The notes under the pieces were generated by a model. The model searched no databases and was not told where the DNA came from. It worked only from the letters and a program-made list of their open reading frames with translations. Positions 30,719-40,920 of a DNA stretch of 41,315 nt are shown piece by piece; position 1 is the first letter of the stretch, and every line of letters begins with the position of its first letter. The position numbers were made by a program, and so were the translations under genes. The DNA is taken from positions 1 through 41,315 of the IMG/VR virus record IMGVR_UViG_3300045988_009996. One strand, 5' to 3'. The DNA comes from a virus.

Positions 30719-31498
30719 TTATTTCAGCAGGAAATTCCAGCTGTTGCTGCCCAGAATGCCGTCCACGCCCAGACCGTGATCTGCCTGCATCCGGCGCAGG
30801 CCCGCCTCCATCTTGGGCCCAAAGAGCTTGTCACCGCTCCAAATATCGTCCGGGTAATAGCCCTTGTCCTTCATGAGCAACATAGCCGCTCTCACATCGT
30901 TGCCCTCCATGCCCCTTGACAGCATACGCAGTTCCATGTTGATCGTTTCCTCCTTGGTATTGGTGTTGTTATCTTCGGCGGGCACTTCCGCCGCCCCCAG
31001 ACGCGCATTGACCGCTGCGGCAATCTGGGACATACGCTCATGCAGATACGGGCCGGGACAGGCCGTAGGCACAAACATGCGGTGTTCCGTTAGGTTGCCG
31101 TCTGCACCCCCGGTGTAGTTAAGGGCTTTGATGCCGTTGCGCTGGCAGATGTCCACGCACAGGTCGATCAGCGTGTTATAGGCAGCAGAGGACACGGGCC
31201 AGTCGCCGCCGGTGGCGCAGTTGGCAACCTCGATGTTGACGGCTCGGTTGTCGTTGCTGGGGGATGCAGAGGCCCATGCACGATCTCCCTCGTCCACATA
31301 GAGGCCCACCCTGCCATCGGAGCCGATGCCATAGTTTGCGCTGGCTTCGCGGTTGGGATTGGCAAAGAGATTGCCGCAGGTCTCCACGGACAGATTCCCG
31401 GCCATGTGGTGAATGGTGATCTTGTCGATTGTGTGGTTCCTGGGGTGGCTGCGGTTGGGGGAAAGCCGGGTGTAGTCCACAAGGGCGGAATTACTCAT
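30719..31498 (-). CDS. Endolysin: N-acetylmuramoyl-L-alanine amidase (Amidase_2) with a C-terminal peptidoglycan-binding domain
   Basis: ITIHHMAG...ASANYGIG...NIEVAN...TEHRMF..TACPG, plus C-terminal LRRMQADHGLGVDGILG. Confidence 0.9.
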   Translation of the reverse strand: MSNSALVDYTRLSPNRSHPRNHTIDKITIHHMAGNLSVETCGNLFANPNREASANYGIGSDGRVGLYVDEGDRAWASASPSNDNRAVNIEVANCATGGDWPVSSAAYNTLIDLCVDICQRNGIKALNYTGGADGNLTEHRMFVPTACPGPYLHERMSQIAAAVNARLGAAEVPAEDNNTNTKEETINMELRMLSRGMEGNDVRAAMLLMKDKGYYPDDIWSGDKLFGPKMEAGLRRMQADHGLGVDGILGSNSWNFLLK

Positions 31499-31706
31499 TG
31501 CCGCTGGCCTCCTTGTGATAAGCAGCCGTGGAGATACACAGCACAGCGCCCAGGAAGGTGTCCACGGCGGTGACGGTGGTCACCACCTCCTCCGAGTAGG
31601 GCCAGCCCCACACGGTGGACAGGGCGGCGTACAGGGTCGCCAGAGCGGGCAGCACGATGATGACCACCCACTTGAGAATGTCATACAGCTTGTCAGGGAT
31701 TTTCAT
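31491..31706 (-). CDS. Holin
   Basis: 71 aa with two hydrophobic segments (WVVIIVLPALATLYAAL and FLGAVLCISTAAY). Overlaps the endolysin start. Confidence 0.7.
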   Translation of the reverse strand: MKIPDKLYDILKWVVIIVLPALATLYAALSTVWGWPYSEEVVTTVTAVDTFLGAVLCISTAAYHKEASGNE

Positions 31707-31811
31707 GGTTTGCTCCTTTCCGTGCCCGACTCGGGCACACAAAAAATGTTGATAAGTCTTTGTTTATCGGTTTAGTCGGTATTGTACATTCACTGCCGTC
31801 TCCTTTCTTTT

Positions 31812-32633
31812 TTAATTCTCAGTATAATCGTAAATGATGGTGGCATTGCTCGCACCCCAAGGAGCATTCGATACTTGCCCCTGCGACCACGGAACCTTGA
31901 TGGTGGTTAGGTTGGAGCACCCGTTAAATGCAGAAGAGTGGATGGTCTTTGGGTTTCCCTCGAATGTAATACTTGTTAGCCCGGTGCAATTAGCAAACAC
32001 ACCGAAACCAATGTTCGTTATACCAGGTGGCAGCCTAGTTATTGCCAGGTTGCGGCAACCATTGAACGCATAGTAACCGATGCGTGTTATTCCAGACGGC
32101 AGACTAGTTAGTGCAAGTTTGGGGCAGTTTTGAAACGCATAGCTACCGATATTTGTCATGCCAGACGGCAAGCTGGTTAATGCAAGGTTGGGGCAATTAT
32201 TAAACGCATAGTCACTGATGCTTGTTACCCCAGACGGCAGGCTGGTTAATGCAAGCTTGGGACAACCGCTAAACGCACTGTAACCAATGGTCGTCAAATC
32301 ACCCGGAAGTGTAGGGCTGACAGCCGTGCGTTCTATCACTGCCTTGAAGCTGCCGCCACCCTCCAGAGTTCCGGTCACGCCGCCGATCACCACATCCTTC
32401 TTGATGTTCTCGGACAGTAGGGTGTCCGGTTTTTGAATCGTCACCTTACGCATGCCTTTGCTGCTGGTGGGCAGGATGACCTGATTGCCGGATGGCATAG
32501 ACAGCTCCACCGTCCGCTCCTCGGTAGCAAGCACCTCCATCACCTGACCCATATCAACATCCAGGGGCACATTTTTCGCGAACTCAACCTCCAGCTCAGC
32601 GCCGGGAGAAAAAGTTACCGCAAACTCGATCAT
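31812..32633 (-). CDS. BspA-type leucine-rich-repeat protein
   Basis: Five to six 23-aa repeats, CPxLALTSLPSGxTxIGxYAFxx, encoded by near-identical 69-bp DNA repeats. Confidence 0.75.
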   Translation of the reverse strand: MIEFAVTFSPGAELEVEFAKNVPLDVDMGQVMEVLATEERTVELSMPSGNQVILPTSSKGMRKVTIQKPDTLLSENIKKDVVIGGVTGTLEGGGSFKAVIERTAVSPTLPGDLTTIGYSAFSGCPKLALTSLPSGVTSISDYAFNNCPNLALTSLPSGMTNIGSYAFQNCPKLALTSLPSGITRIGYYAFNGCRNLAITRLPPGITNIGFGVFANCTGLTSITFEGNPKTIHSSAFNGCSNLTTIKVPWSQGQVSNAPWGASNATIIYDYTEN

Positions 32634-32932
32634 AGCGCACCATCCCGCAAGATACGCTCCACCGGCACTTCGAATACCTGAGATGCCATGCGCTGCGCCC
32701 CCACGCCCACCCGGAGCTGTATCTTTGCGTCAATGCCTCTCCCGGCAGTAAGCGACAGGGTCTCGGCTTCCGTCAGTGTGCATGAGACAACATTCCCGTC
32801 CAGCTGTACATCCGACAATGCTTTTTCGATTTTAACCTGTCCGGCCTGCGCTACGGCCAAGGACAGCACCGTGATGCTCCCCGTGTCGATGGGCAGGCGG
32901 AATGTCAGCGTGGGGGTTGTACCTCGATACAT
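32630..32932 (-). CDS. Hypothetical beta-rich structural protein (100 aa)
   Basis: MYRGTTPTLTFRLPID... is common downstream of phage fibre genes. Confidence 0.45.
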   Translation of the reverse strand: MYRGTTPTLTFRLPIDTGSITVLSLAVAQAGQVKIEKALSDVQLDGNVVSCTLTEAETLSLTAGRGIDAKIQLRVGVGAQRMASQVFEVPVERILRDGAL

Positions 32933-32966
32933 ACATATACCTCCTCATACTATAGATTTGCGAGGC

Positions 32967-33221
32967 TCAGCGGTTGGGCAGTCTTTCCAAATCCGCTATC
33001 CTGTGATTGGCGACCTTGATCTGCTCCTCCAGCACCGGCACGCGCTGGGCGAAGTTGTTATGCTCCCGGACTTCCCGGGTCAGCTCTTCCAGCTTTGTCT
33101 CGGTTACGGCCTGCTGCATGTCCAGTTTGGCCTGCACATCCCGGGTGGTCTTGCTACTTGTGATAATTACCCCCAGCAGCGACAGGCCGCCGGTAATGAT
33201 AGCCACGACGATTGTTTCCAT
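32967..33221 (-). CDS. Membrane-anchored coiled-coil protein (XhlA-like?)
   Basis: N-terminal TM IVVAIITGGLSLLGVIIT followed by a coiled coil. Confidence 0.4.
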   Translation of the reverse strand: METIVVAIITGGLSLLGVIITSSKTTRDVQAKLDMQQAVTETKLEELTREVREHNNFAQRVPVLEEQIKVANHRIADLERLPNR

Positions 33222-33270
33222 TCGGTAATTTCCTTTCTCCTCTGGGGCTTAGTTGTTTTGCGGCGTTGGG

Positions 33271-35079
33271 TTACTTCCAGCGGCCTGTAACTATCATCGA
33301 TCTGATTCTAATTGTGGCACTATTCTGGTTGCCGGTCACATAGGCGGTAATCTCGTTGTACCCATTCCTACACCAAATATTCACAAAACCCGTTCCTGTG
33401 CCTAAAACACCGTTCGCCACGCCACGGGGCTGCGTTTTGAAAGTAAAGGGGAGGTCAACATCGACATACGACAAATATGCTGAACCATTCATATTAGTGA
33501 CAGGTGTGCTCCCGGTGAGGGTAAGTTCACTTTCTAACCAGCACTCTGCCACGCCACTGGCCCATTTGCGGTAAGTCCAGATACCGCTGGTGCCCTGCTC
33601 CACAACAAAGTCCATCACAGAGCTACCGGCAATCTGAAGGAGGGATGTTGCCTTTAGCGTGTTGCTGGTCAGTTTCCCAGACACCTCCACATCCTCGTCA
33701 AAGTAGGCGTTCAAGCCCACTTGCAGTGCGTTGGCCTTGTCACACAGACGACCAATGCCCATAGACAATAAATGCTTTGCGTGGTGCAGGAGAGCATATG
33801 CCGCCGGAAGATCGCGCACGGCAGAGCCGATTGACTCAAATGCGTCTGTTGCCACAACGCGCACCTCGTAGCGCTTGCTCTTGTCTGCGGCAATTACCAC
33901 ATACGCGCCAGCTGGTGCGTAATTACCAGCCGCCGCAGACCCGGCGTTTGACCAGATTTCCGTGCCCACCTCCCGATACTGCACAGCATAGGCGGCAGTG
34001 TTTTTGTTGCTCAACGCCGTAATCGCGCCGCTGAATGTAACCTTGCCGTAATCACCCATGCGGTTTGCCGTACCATCTTGATTGCACCGGGCGGCGGCAA
34101 TATCGGAGATAGTGGGCTTGCTGTAGGCAAGCACTGTGATGGTCTGCGTCTTTGTGGTAGTGCGCCCACGGCTATCCGTGACGGTGCAAGTCAGCGTCAG
34201 CGCCCCGGCAGTGGGCAGATAATCCGTTGTTCCGCTGGCGGCAGCTACGGCGTAAATATCGCCCAGTTTGATGCTGTACGCCTTGATTGTGCTTCCCTGC
34301 ACCCCGGATGCCGTTAAATCAACCTTGAGCTTGCTATGCAGCTGCACATACCCACCATAGGTGGCGCTTACCTTTGTCGGGTCACTGGTTGCCACCGACA
34401 GCGTAGGGACTACGCTGGACGGCACAGCAAGGGTCATCTGCATGGAGGACACGCCGATGTAGGTGCTGCCGTTGTAAGTCTCAACGATAACGGACAGGAC
34501 AACGGCGGACGCATTGGGTGCCTGCGCGGCCAGCGATACGGGCGGTGTCCAGCTGTAGGATGTGTCCACATCGGATGCAATCTTAGCCCAGCTGATGGAA
34601 CCGCACGAATAATACAGGCTGTGGGTAAAGCTACTACTGGCCCGTGAGATGGTAATGGCCACTGGCTGACCCAGTGTATCGCCGCTGGCCGACACAGAGG
34701 ATGCCCGGGGAATGGTGGCCAGTGTCACTGTCTCGGACAGGGCCAGATGACGCGGTGTATAGGAGCTGGTAAAACCGCAGTCCCATTCAGCGGATAGGGT
34801 CACACTGCCGGTGCCGTCTGCATTGTGGCCTACGGTGATGGATTTGCTGCCCAGTTTGTACCATCCTGTTGTGCTGTAGTTGTAGGGATTCCAGCGTTTT
34901 TCGCCCTGAAGGATGTAATAGGCTTGGTTTGCGTCCTCGTTCTGGCTGTAGCCTGTGCCATCGTATACCCACAAATCAAGTATCAGGGTGCTGGTATTGT
35001 CGTTGATGGACTGGCCGGTGATAGACCAGTCAAGGCGGAGCTGCCACCCTTTGTTTGTGCTGCTGTAGATAGATGCCAT
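33271..35079 (-). CDS. Tail fibre / receptor-binding protein (DUF859-like N-terminus)
   Basis: 602 aa, Ser/Thr-rich and beta-rich, downstream of Tal. N-terminus WQLRLDWSITGQSINDNTSTLILDLWV. Confidence 0.65.
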   Translation of the reverse strand: MASIYSSTNKGWQLRLDWSITGQSINDNTSTLILDLWVYDGTGYSQNEDANQAYYILQGEKRWNPYNYSTTGWYKLGSKSITVGHNADGTGSVTLSAEWDCGFTSSYTPRHLALSETVTLATIPRASSVSASGDTLGQPVAITISRASSSFTHSLYYSCGSISWAKIASDVDTSYSWTPPVSLAAQAPNASAVVLSVIVETYNGSTYIGVSSMQMTLAVPSSVVPTLSVATSDPTKVSATYGGYVQLHSKLKVDLTASGVQGSTIKAYSIKLGDIYAVAAASGTTDYLPTAGALTLTCTVTDSRGRTTTKTQTITVLAYSKPTISDIAAARCNQDGTANRMGDYGKVTFSGAITALSNKNTAAYAVQYREVGTEIWSNAGSAAAGNYAPAGAYVVIAADKSKRYEVRVVATDAFESIGSAVRDLPAAYALLHHAKHLLSMGIGRLCDKANALQVGLNAYFDEDVEVSGKLTSNTLKATSLLQIAGSSVMDFVVEQGTSGIWTYRKWASGVAECWLESELTLTGSTPVTNMNGSAYLSYVDVDLPFTFKTQPRGVANGVLGTGTGFVNIWCRNGYNEITAYVTGNQNSATIRIRSMIVTGRWK

Positions 35080-35090
35080 TTTACCCCTCC

Positions 35091-37454
35091 TTAATAGACG
35101 ATTTCATCGCCGTTTTCATCGGCAGCGTGGATCACATTGCCGATAATCAGGGTACTGACCTTTATCCGGGCCGCCTCCACGCCCTCGGCAGTGATCTGCA
35201 ACTCCGGTGTGTTGTTGCGGACAAACTGCAATACATCATTGTCCAGCCGCAGCAGGATTTCATTGCCCGTTTCGCCGATAAATAAGCCCTCGTCCGTAAA
35301 CCTAAAAGCCTTGGTGATCTCGCTGTACTTGCTTTGCAGGTCACCGTCCACCTTGTCAATGCGCTCAGTTACCTTAGTGATGTCAATGCCCAGTTGGTCA
35401 GTCAGCACAGACAGCTTTGTGCTGACCTCCTCTTTGTAGCTGCCAAAATCTCCGGTCTGCACATAGTTTTCAAGGGCGGACAGGATGATGGAGTTGACAT
35501 TCTGCTGCAGATCGGTGATCTGCTGGTGTGTGGTCTGACTCAGCTGATCGATTTGGGGCTTGGCGCTCTCGGTCATGGCCTTACTGATGCAGTATGCGCC
35601 GGTGTAGGCCGTTTGGCCGTCTGAATAGGTGATCTTCGTGCGGCTCCAAAGGTAGGTGCCGTCCGTGATGGTCGGGGCTGTGGCCTGCCATGTGCCGCCG
35701 GACAGCTCTGTCTCAGAGGTGGAGAGGTAATATTCCACCTCCGTGCTCGTCACAGAAACACCGTCATCTCCCTTGGTTCCGGGCTTGCCGTTCGCTCCTA
35801 CAATGCGCACGGGCGTTCCCCATGTACCGCTGCTGGCGGACGCTGCTACCTTCTGTGAGAGCCATACCACAGCATCGGTCAGGTCTGTGTGCCAGCCGTT
35901 CAGCGTACCGTCTCCTGTGGGCTTGGCCGGGGTAATCGTGCCGTCATGGTAAGTAATCCACACAGACAGACCGTTGGTGCCATTGGTGCCGTCCTTGCCG
36001 TCTGCCCCGGCAGGGCCGGGAGGGCCGGGGGTCAACTCAATATTTTCAAGGTCGGTTTTTGTGGCATAGGTTTTCTGGGCTTCTGTCTTGCTGATGGTGG
36101 ACTCCAATTTCCCGTCAATAGCTATGAGCTTTTGGGAGAGTCCGGAAACCGCATCCTGACTAACAGAACCTATGGCAAGTGCCGCACCGTTGATTGTGCC
36201 GTCCATCGTCAAAGCCACATTGCTGATGGTCTTTCCGCCATCCTTAGAAAATCCCAGGCCACCGATAGACATAATCCACATTTTGGTATTATCTTCCACG
36301 GTGGGGGTATTTCTTAGCGTCCAGCCAGTAGGGTAGCCGTCTTTGTCATAAGTGATTTCAAAATAACCCCCTTGTGCCCCGATTATTTTCTGGGTAGCAT
36401 CTTGAAACGACTTTACAACATCTTCATACATTCTTTTGAACTTCTGTTCCGATGGAGAAGGAGTAGCATAGTCTGTATCCGAGGGGCCATAGCAAGTCAA
36501 ATCTGCGGACATCCCACCCTTGATTTGCGTTTTTAGCTCCATCACATAGGCCGTCAGATTCTCTCCGCTGCCGCCTGTAACAGAAATAATGTCTCCCGCT
36601 TCAACGGCTGGGTTTCCACGCCACTTAACGGTGCAAGGCCGCATTGTTTTGCCGTCAATCTTGGCAAAAACGGTTTCTGCTACCTCTGCGGTCATGTATG
36701 GATTAATGGTGGTAATACCTTTTCCCGCTCCCACACTGATGGGGTTGCTATCCGTGCCAGTCAAGAGACTGTGAATCGTAAATGCATCATCAGTGGTAAG
36801 TGTCAGGCCGTCCATGTACTGAGTGTCGCGGTCAATCGTAAGACCGCTATCGGCATACCAGCAAAAGACAAGGTTTCCTGTTGCGTCAAACTTTGCGTTA
36901 CAACCGATAAGACCGGCCAGCCATCCGAGCTGTTGCCGCAGAGTGCCCGTGTAAGGCGCAGCGATCTGAATACTCGGCATAGTAACGGCAGGCAGTGTTA
37001 CGCTTGCCTGTTTGCAGACATCTGCCAGCACTTGCGTCGGAGTAGCCGGGAATGTGATGGTGGGCATATAGTCCTCTGTCAGACCAGCCATACGGTCGTA
37101 GCCTGTGACAGTTACCCACAGCTTCCCACTATCCTCTACGCCGTCTGAGGGGATGTAAAACTTGCCCTTCTGCACATACTGGGCCTCACCGCCCACCATG
37201 ATACCGACAGAAGGGGTAAAGTTTCCGCCGGAGAGCTGCAAAGCAGGTGTTTGCTTGTAAATGACCACCTTGCACTGGCTGGAAAACGCCGCGCCGATGG
37301 TCGCGCCATCCGAGGAGCCGAACTGCTCTGTTATGCTGATTTCCTGCACCTCGGAGGCGGCCAGCTCTGTCGTGCCGTTAAACAGTATTTTGCTTGTGAT
37401 CTCCCGCCCCGGCGCAGAACACGCGGCGTTAAATGCGTCTGTTACAGTATGCAT
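35091..37454 (-). CDS. Tail-associated lysin-like / prophage tail endopeptidase-family protein (Tal) with a collagen-like segment
   Basis: 787 aa following the Dit-like gene. GPPGPAGADGKDGTNGTNG repeat. Confidence 0.75.
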   Translation of the reverse strand: MHTVTDAFNAACSAPGREITSKILFNGTTELAASEVQEISITEQFGSSDGATIGAAFSSQCKVVIYKQTPALQLSGGNFTPSVGIMVGGEAQYVQKGKFYIPSDGVEDSGKLWVTVTGYDRMAGLTEDYMPTITFPATPTQVLADVCKQASVTLPAVTMPSIQIAAPYTGTLRQQLGWLAGLIGCNAKFDATGNLVFCWYADSGLTIDRDTQYMDGLTLTTDDAFTIHSLLTGTDSNPISVGAGKGITTINPYMTAEVAETVFAKIDGKTMRPCTVKWRGNPAVEAGDIISVTGGSGENLTAYVMELKTQIKGGMSADLTCYGPSDTDYATPSPSEQKFKRMYEDVVKSFQDATQKIIGAQGGYFEITYDKDGYPTGWTLRNTPTVEDNTKMWIMSIGGLGFSKDGGKTISNVALTMDGTINGAALAIGSVSQDAVSGLSQKLIAIDGKLESTISKTEAQKTYATKTDLENIELTPGPPGPAGADGKDGTNGTNGLSVWITYHDGTITPAKPTGDGTLNGWHTDLTDAVVWLSQKVAASASSGTWGTPVRIVGANGKPGTKGDDGVSVTSTEVEYYLSTSETELSGGTWQATAPTITDGTYLWSRTKITYSDGQTAYTGAYCISKAMTESAKPQIDQLSQTTHQQITDLQQNVNSIILSALENYVQTGDFGSYKEEVSTKLSVLTDQLGIDITKVTERIDKVDGDLQSKYSEITKAFRFTDEGLFIGETGNEILLRLDNDVLQFVRNNTPELQITAEGVEAARIKVSTLIIGNVIHAADENGDEIVY

Positions 37455-37457
37455 GGC

Positions 37458-37832
37458 TCACCTCTCGATGAAGTTCATGGACATTTCGCCCCATAACCAC
37501 GTTCCATCCGCCTCCGGGCGCAAAATGGGCGCAGAACGATCACCAACATAGCAGGTGATCGTTCTATTTGTCCCCGTAAGCGCATCTGGGTATGTAAGCT
37601 TGAAAAACGGATCGCTGACGGCTGACAAAAGCGTTGCCATTTTTGCGGCACTCATTGGGAGCCAGGAGCACTCGATCTTTCGCTTTACCGCCACGCGGTC
37701 CCGGAACAGGTCCCCGTTTTGGTTCCTCCCGCTGCCGTCGCCGTCCAGGTCAGAAATGCTCCATTTTATCTCGGCGGGAGCAGGCAGAACAACGACCGTC
37801 CCGGCATTTTTGGTAACTTTCAATACGTCCAT
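37458..37832 (-). CDS. Small distal tail (Dit-like) protein
   Basis: 124 aa between the tape measure and Tal genes. Confidence 0.5.
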   Translation of the reverse strand: MDVLKVTKNAGTVVVLPAPAEIKWSISDLDGDGSGRNQNGDLFRDRVAVKRKIECSWLPMSAAKMATLLSAVSDPFFKLTYPDALTGTNRTITCYVGDRSAPILRPEADGTWLWGEMSMNFIER

Positions 37833-37841
37833 TACTGCTCC

Positions 37842-40130
37842 TTACACCACCAGCGGGCTTGCGCCGGTGGCACGCACCACGGCGTTGTTTTCCTTCACAA
37901 CAGTGTCAAATATTTTCTTCCCGTTAACGCTGTCCAGCACGATTGTGATATGATTTCCTACGCCGCCGCTGTTTTTGACTTCCTCCCGGACAATCTGGCG
38001 GATCAGATCGGCGGGTGCCTCGATGTTCGTGCCGCGTTTCTGGTCGCCCAAAACGGCCAAAAATTCCCGGTTTGCTGGGATCACCGCGCCCTGGGCCAGG
38101 CGAGGAATGTGGACATTCCCCCAATTGACCCGTCCAATGTTCACGCCGGGAATCTTGTTCAAGATACCCGTGATGCCATTCACCATATCGCTTACGCCGC
38201 CCAGCACCCAGTTGATACCGGCTTCTACGCCGGAAATCAAGCCGTTCATAATGGTTTTGCCAAGGTTTGCCCACCACTGGGATGTAAAAACGGGCGCAAT
38301 ATAGGCGTTCCAGAAGTTCTTAATGCTCTGCCACACTTCTTTTATTTTATCGGTAATATAGCTCCAGTTTGGGGTGATTGCAGCCACAAGGCTTACGCCA
38401 CCAGCAACCATTAGCCCAATTCCCAACGGGATATTTGCGCCGGTAAATAGCAGTACTGCTCCAAGTGCAAGCAACGCACCACCAACAATCGCCGTTATCG
38501 TTCCAACGGGACCTTGCATTTTCTTACTTATAACATCCCAATTTGGAACAATCGCCGTCGCAAGCCCAACCGCTCCAGCAGCCATAAGCCCAAGGCCAAG
38601 AGGGACATTCGCAAAAGTAAACAGCAATGCACCGCCAAGCACAAGCAACGCGCCGCTCAAAATTGCAGTTACTGCGCCAATAGGCCCTTTCATTGCGTTT
38701 TGGATTGCTTCCCAATTAACGGTTGCAGATGCCGCCAAAGATGCAGCGCCAACCAAAAGCAATCCTACTCCGAGCGGAATATTTGCACTTGAAAGAGCAA
38801 GTATGGCGCCAAGTACAAGGAAGGCGGCTCCAACAATACCGGCAATTACATCTATGTTGTCACTTATAAACCTTGTTATGGTATCCCAGTTGACGGCAAC
38901 AACGGCGGCCAAAGATGCAGCGCCAGCTATAATCATTCCAATTCCAAGCGGGATGTTTGCGCTTGTCATAACAAGGATTATGCCAAGAGCAAGCAAAGCA
39001 CTGGCTACAATAGTCACTATAACCGCAAGTGATCCTTGCAAAGTTTCTGCAATAAGGCCCCAATTTTCGGAGGCGGCGCCATATACCGCCAACGCACCAG
39101 CAACCATCAGAGCAATACCGATCGGTATATTTGCGCCAGAAAAAGTCAACACTGCGCCCAATGCAAGAAGGGCAATTCCGGTAAACAAGGTTGCAACGGC
39201 AGTCAATCCGCTGCTGACTGTGCTTGTGAAATCCGGTGCGATTCCACCGCTTGCACTTGCCCCTCCCGAGCTATCGGAATCTCCGTTCATTGTGTTCAGT
39301 TCATCGAAAGGTGCCAGATATTTACTGGCTTTCTTTGCGGCAGAACCAACACCATCAATCGCTTTCTGCTGGTCATAAAGGCTTTTAGCCGCTTTCTGAG
39401 AAGATGCAAGAGTTGTTCCAAACAGTGCAGATAGCAGCCGAGCAGCTGTATTTACCACCGTTGTAAGCACATTTGCGAGTAGCGTAAACGCCGGGATAAC
39501 GATGTTTACAATCGGCTGGGCCAGTGTGCGCAGCGCACCTTTAAGCTTGGCAACCGCCGCCATTGCATCGGTGTTTGTCTGGATCGCCGACCACATATAC
39601 TCCCTGATTTTGCGCAGTGCAGCTGTAATCAGCGTAAAAACAAACACGCGCCTTGCAAGCCCCTTGATTCGGTTTCCAAGCTTTGTGAATCGCTTCCCGG
39701 CTTCCTCTGCAGCGGGGGACAACTCTCTTGTGCCATTTTTTGCTCCAGCAAGCTGCCCACTGAGTTCTCCCGCCTTTCTCTTTGCATTGTCAAGAGACGC
39801 AGCGGTTTTGTTGATTTTTGCATTGATCGTTTCCACCTTTAACGCCGCCGAATCAAACTCTTTCTGCATGGCGTTCACTTGTGCTTGCTGGTTTGCAATC
39901 GAGTCGGATGTAAAAAATTCCGCTCCGCTTTTCATATGTTCAAGAGTTGCTTTTGCCGCATCGAGATTTGCGCCGAGCTGTGCCGACTGCTCTACCAGCG
40001 GGAGCTTTTCTCTTTCCAGATCATTTAGTTTTTCAGATAAACCAGAGATTTTCCTTGTAAGTGCATTGAGCTCTTTTCGCGCCTGCTTGTCGTCAACATT
40101 TACTTCCACCACGACAGACCCATCCGCCAT
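37842..40130 (-). CDS. Tail tape measure protein
   Basis: 762 aa. N-terminal coiled coil, then five hydrophobic repeats of about 58 aa (..ALLALGAxLxxxxANIPLGxGLxxAG..NW..I). Confidence 0.9.
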   Translation of the reverse strand: MADGSVVVEVNVDDKQARKELNALTRKISGLSEKLNDLEREKLPLVEQSAQLGANLDAAKATLEHMKSGAEFFTSDSIANQQAQVNAMQKEFDSAALKVETINAKINKTAASLDNAKRKAGELSGQLAGAKNGTRELSPAAEEAGKRFTKLGNRIKGLARRVFVFTLITAALRKIREYMWSAIQTNTDAMAAVAKLKGALRTLAQPIVNIVIPAFTLLANVLTTVVNTAARLLSALFGTTLASSQKAAKSLYDQQKAIDGVGSAAKKASKYLAPFDELNTMNGDSDSSGGASASGGIAPDFTSTVSSGLTAVATLFTGIALLALGAVLTFSGANIPIGIALMVAGALAVYGAASENWGLIAETLQGSLAVIVTIVASALLALGIILVMTSANIPLGIGMIIAGAASLAAVVAVNWDTITRFISDNIDVIAGIVGAAFLVLGAILALSSANIPLGVGLLLVGAASLAASATVNWEAIQNAMKGPIGAVTAILSGALLVLGGALLFTFANVPLGLGLMAAGAVGLATAIVPNWDVISKKMQGPVGTITAIVGGALLALGAVLLFTGANIPLGIGLMVAGGVSLVAAITPNWSYITDKIKEVWQSIKNFWNAYIAPVFTSQWWANLGKTIMNGLISGVEAGINWVLGGVSDMVNGITGILNKIPGVNIGRVNWGNVHIPRLAQGAVIPANREFLAVLGDQKRGTNIEAPADLIRQIVREEVKNSGGVGNHITIVLDSVNGKKIFDTVVKENNAVVRATGASPLVV

Positions 40131-40148
40131 TGAATCACCTCATTTCGC

Positions 40149-40176
40149 TTGACTTTTTGCATTTTTTAGTCATAAT
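40149..40176 (+). promoter_or_regulatory. Sigma-70-type promoter for the plus-strand moron (TTGACT, 16 nt, CATAAT)
   Basis: Counted directly from the sequence. Confidence 0.45.
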
Positions 40177-40207
40177 AAAGATATAATTGTTTATAGGAGG
40201 AGAAAAT

Positions 40208-40915
40208 ATGGATGCTGTTATCGGAGTATTGAGTGTTATAGGCTTTATTGTTTCCCTTGTTTTGATTGTTGTATTTGCAATCAAAAAAAAGAAAATTCTT
40301 CCGCCATTAATTTCGCTTGTGTGCTGTTTTACGATATTTGTGGTTTGCGTCGCATTGCCGGATAGTTCTTCGCCTTCGCCTGCGCCGAATACAGATAACA
40401 AGCAGAGCGAACAGACCGATGAGGAAAAGGCCAAAGAAATGCTAACAAAGGCCAGCAATTCCTTTGAAAAAGGCGATTACATTGATGGCATTTCTACTTG
40501 CAAAAGTATTCAGGAATCTTATCCTGATACCAATGTTGCTGCCGGTGTGCAAGATTTTCTTGCGGGCAAATTTGCCCAATACCAAAATTTTTCGGCAGAA
40601 AACCTAATGAACGAATATATTAATAATGTCGTAAACGCAGATAAAAACATCACAGGAAATCCTGTTATTGTTTCAGGCGTTATTAGCAAAATAGATAAAA
40701 CGGATTCAACCCTTGCGGTTTTACTGAGTTGCGATCAGGTCTTTTATGCAATACAGCTTAATTTTAGGGGCTCTGATGAATCCGCTGTTGCCGTATTAAA
40801 CCCGGGAGATGTGATCAAGGTCATCGGCAAATGTGACGGATTAAGTGGAAAGATTCTGCTTGTATTTGATAATAAAACAAATGTAATTTTATCAAACTGC
40901 TACATAATTGATTGA
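40208..40915 (+). CDS. Membrane-anchored protein with an extracytoplasmic OB-fold (tRNA_anti-like) domain; AT-rich moron
   Basis: Two N-terminal TM segments and an S/P linker. C-terminal pattern NADKNITGNPVIVSGVISKI...VLNPGDVIKVIGKCDG. AGGAGG RBS. Much lower GC than the flanking sequence. Confidence 0.65.
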   Translation: MDAVIGVLSVIGFIVSLVLIVVFAIKKKKILPPLISLVCCFTIFVVCVALPDSSSPSPAPNTDNKQSEQTDEEKAKEMLTKASNSFEKGDYIDGISTCKSIQESYPDTNVAAGVQDFLAGKFAQYQNFSAENLMNEYINNVVNADKNITGNPVIVSGVISKIDKTDSTLAVLLSCDQVFYAIQLNFRGSDESAVAVLNPGDVIKVIGKCDGLSGKILLVFDNKTNVILSNCYIID

Positions 40916-40920
40916 TTTGC

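Noticed and set aside
31990-32290. Regular 69-bp DNA repeats: possible CRISPR array or DGR variable region
   Set aside because: The repeats are contiguous, with no spacers, and are in frame, encoding LRR units. There is no reverse transcriptase, no template repeat elsewhere and no cas genes.
35985-36045. Gly-X-Y collagen-like repeat
   Set aside because: It is part of the Tal/tail protein coding sequence, a common feature of phage fibres, and not an independent element.
38374-39378. 334-aa plus-strand ORF antisense to the tape measure gene
   Set aside because: It is the mirror of the repetitive hydrophobic tape-measure region. It has no start context and would be antisense to an essential late gene.
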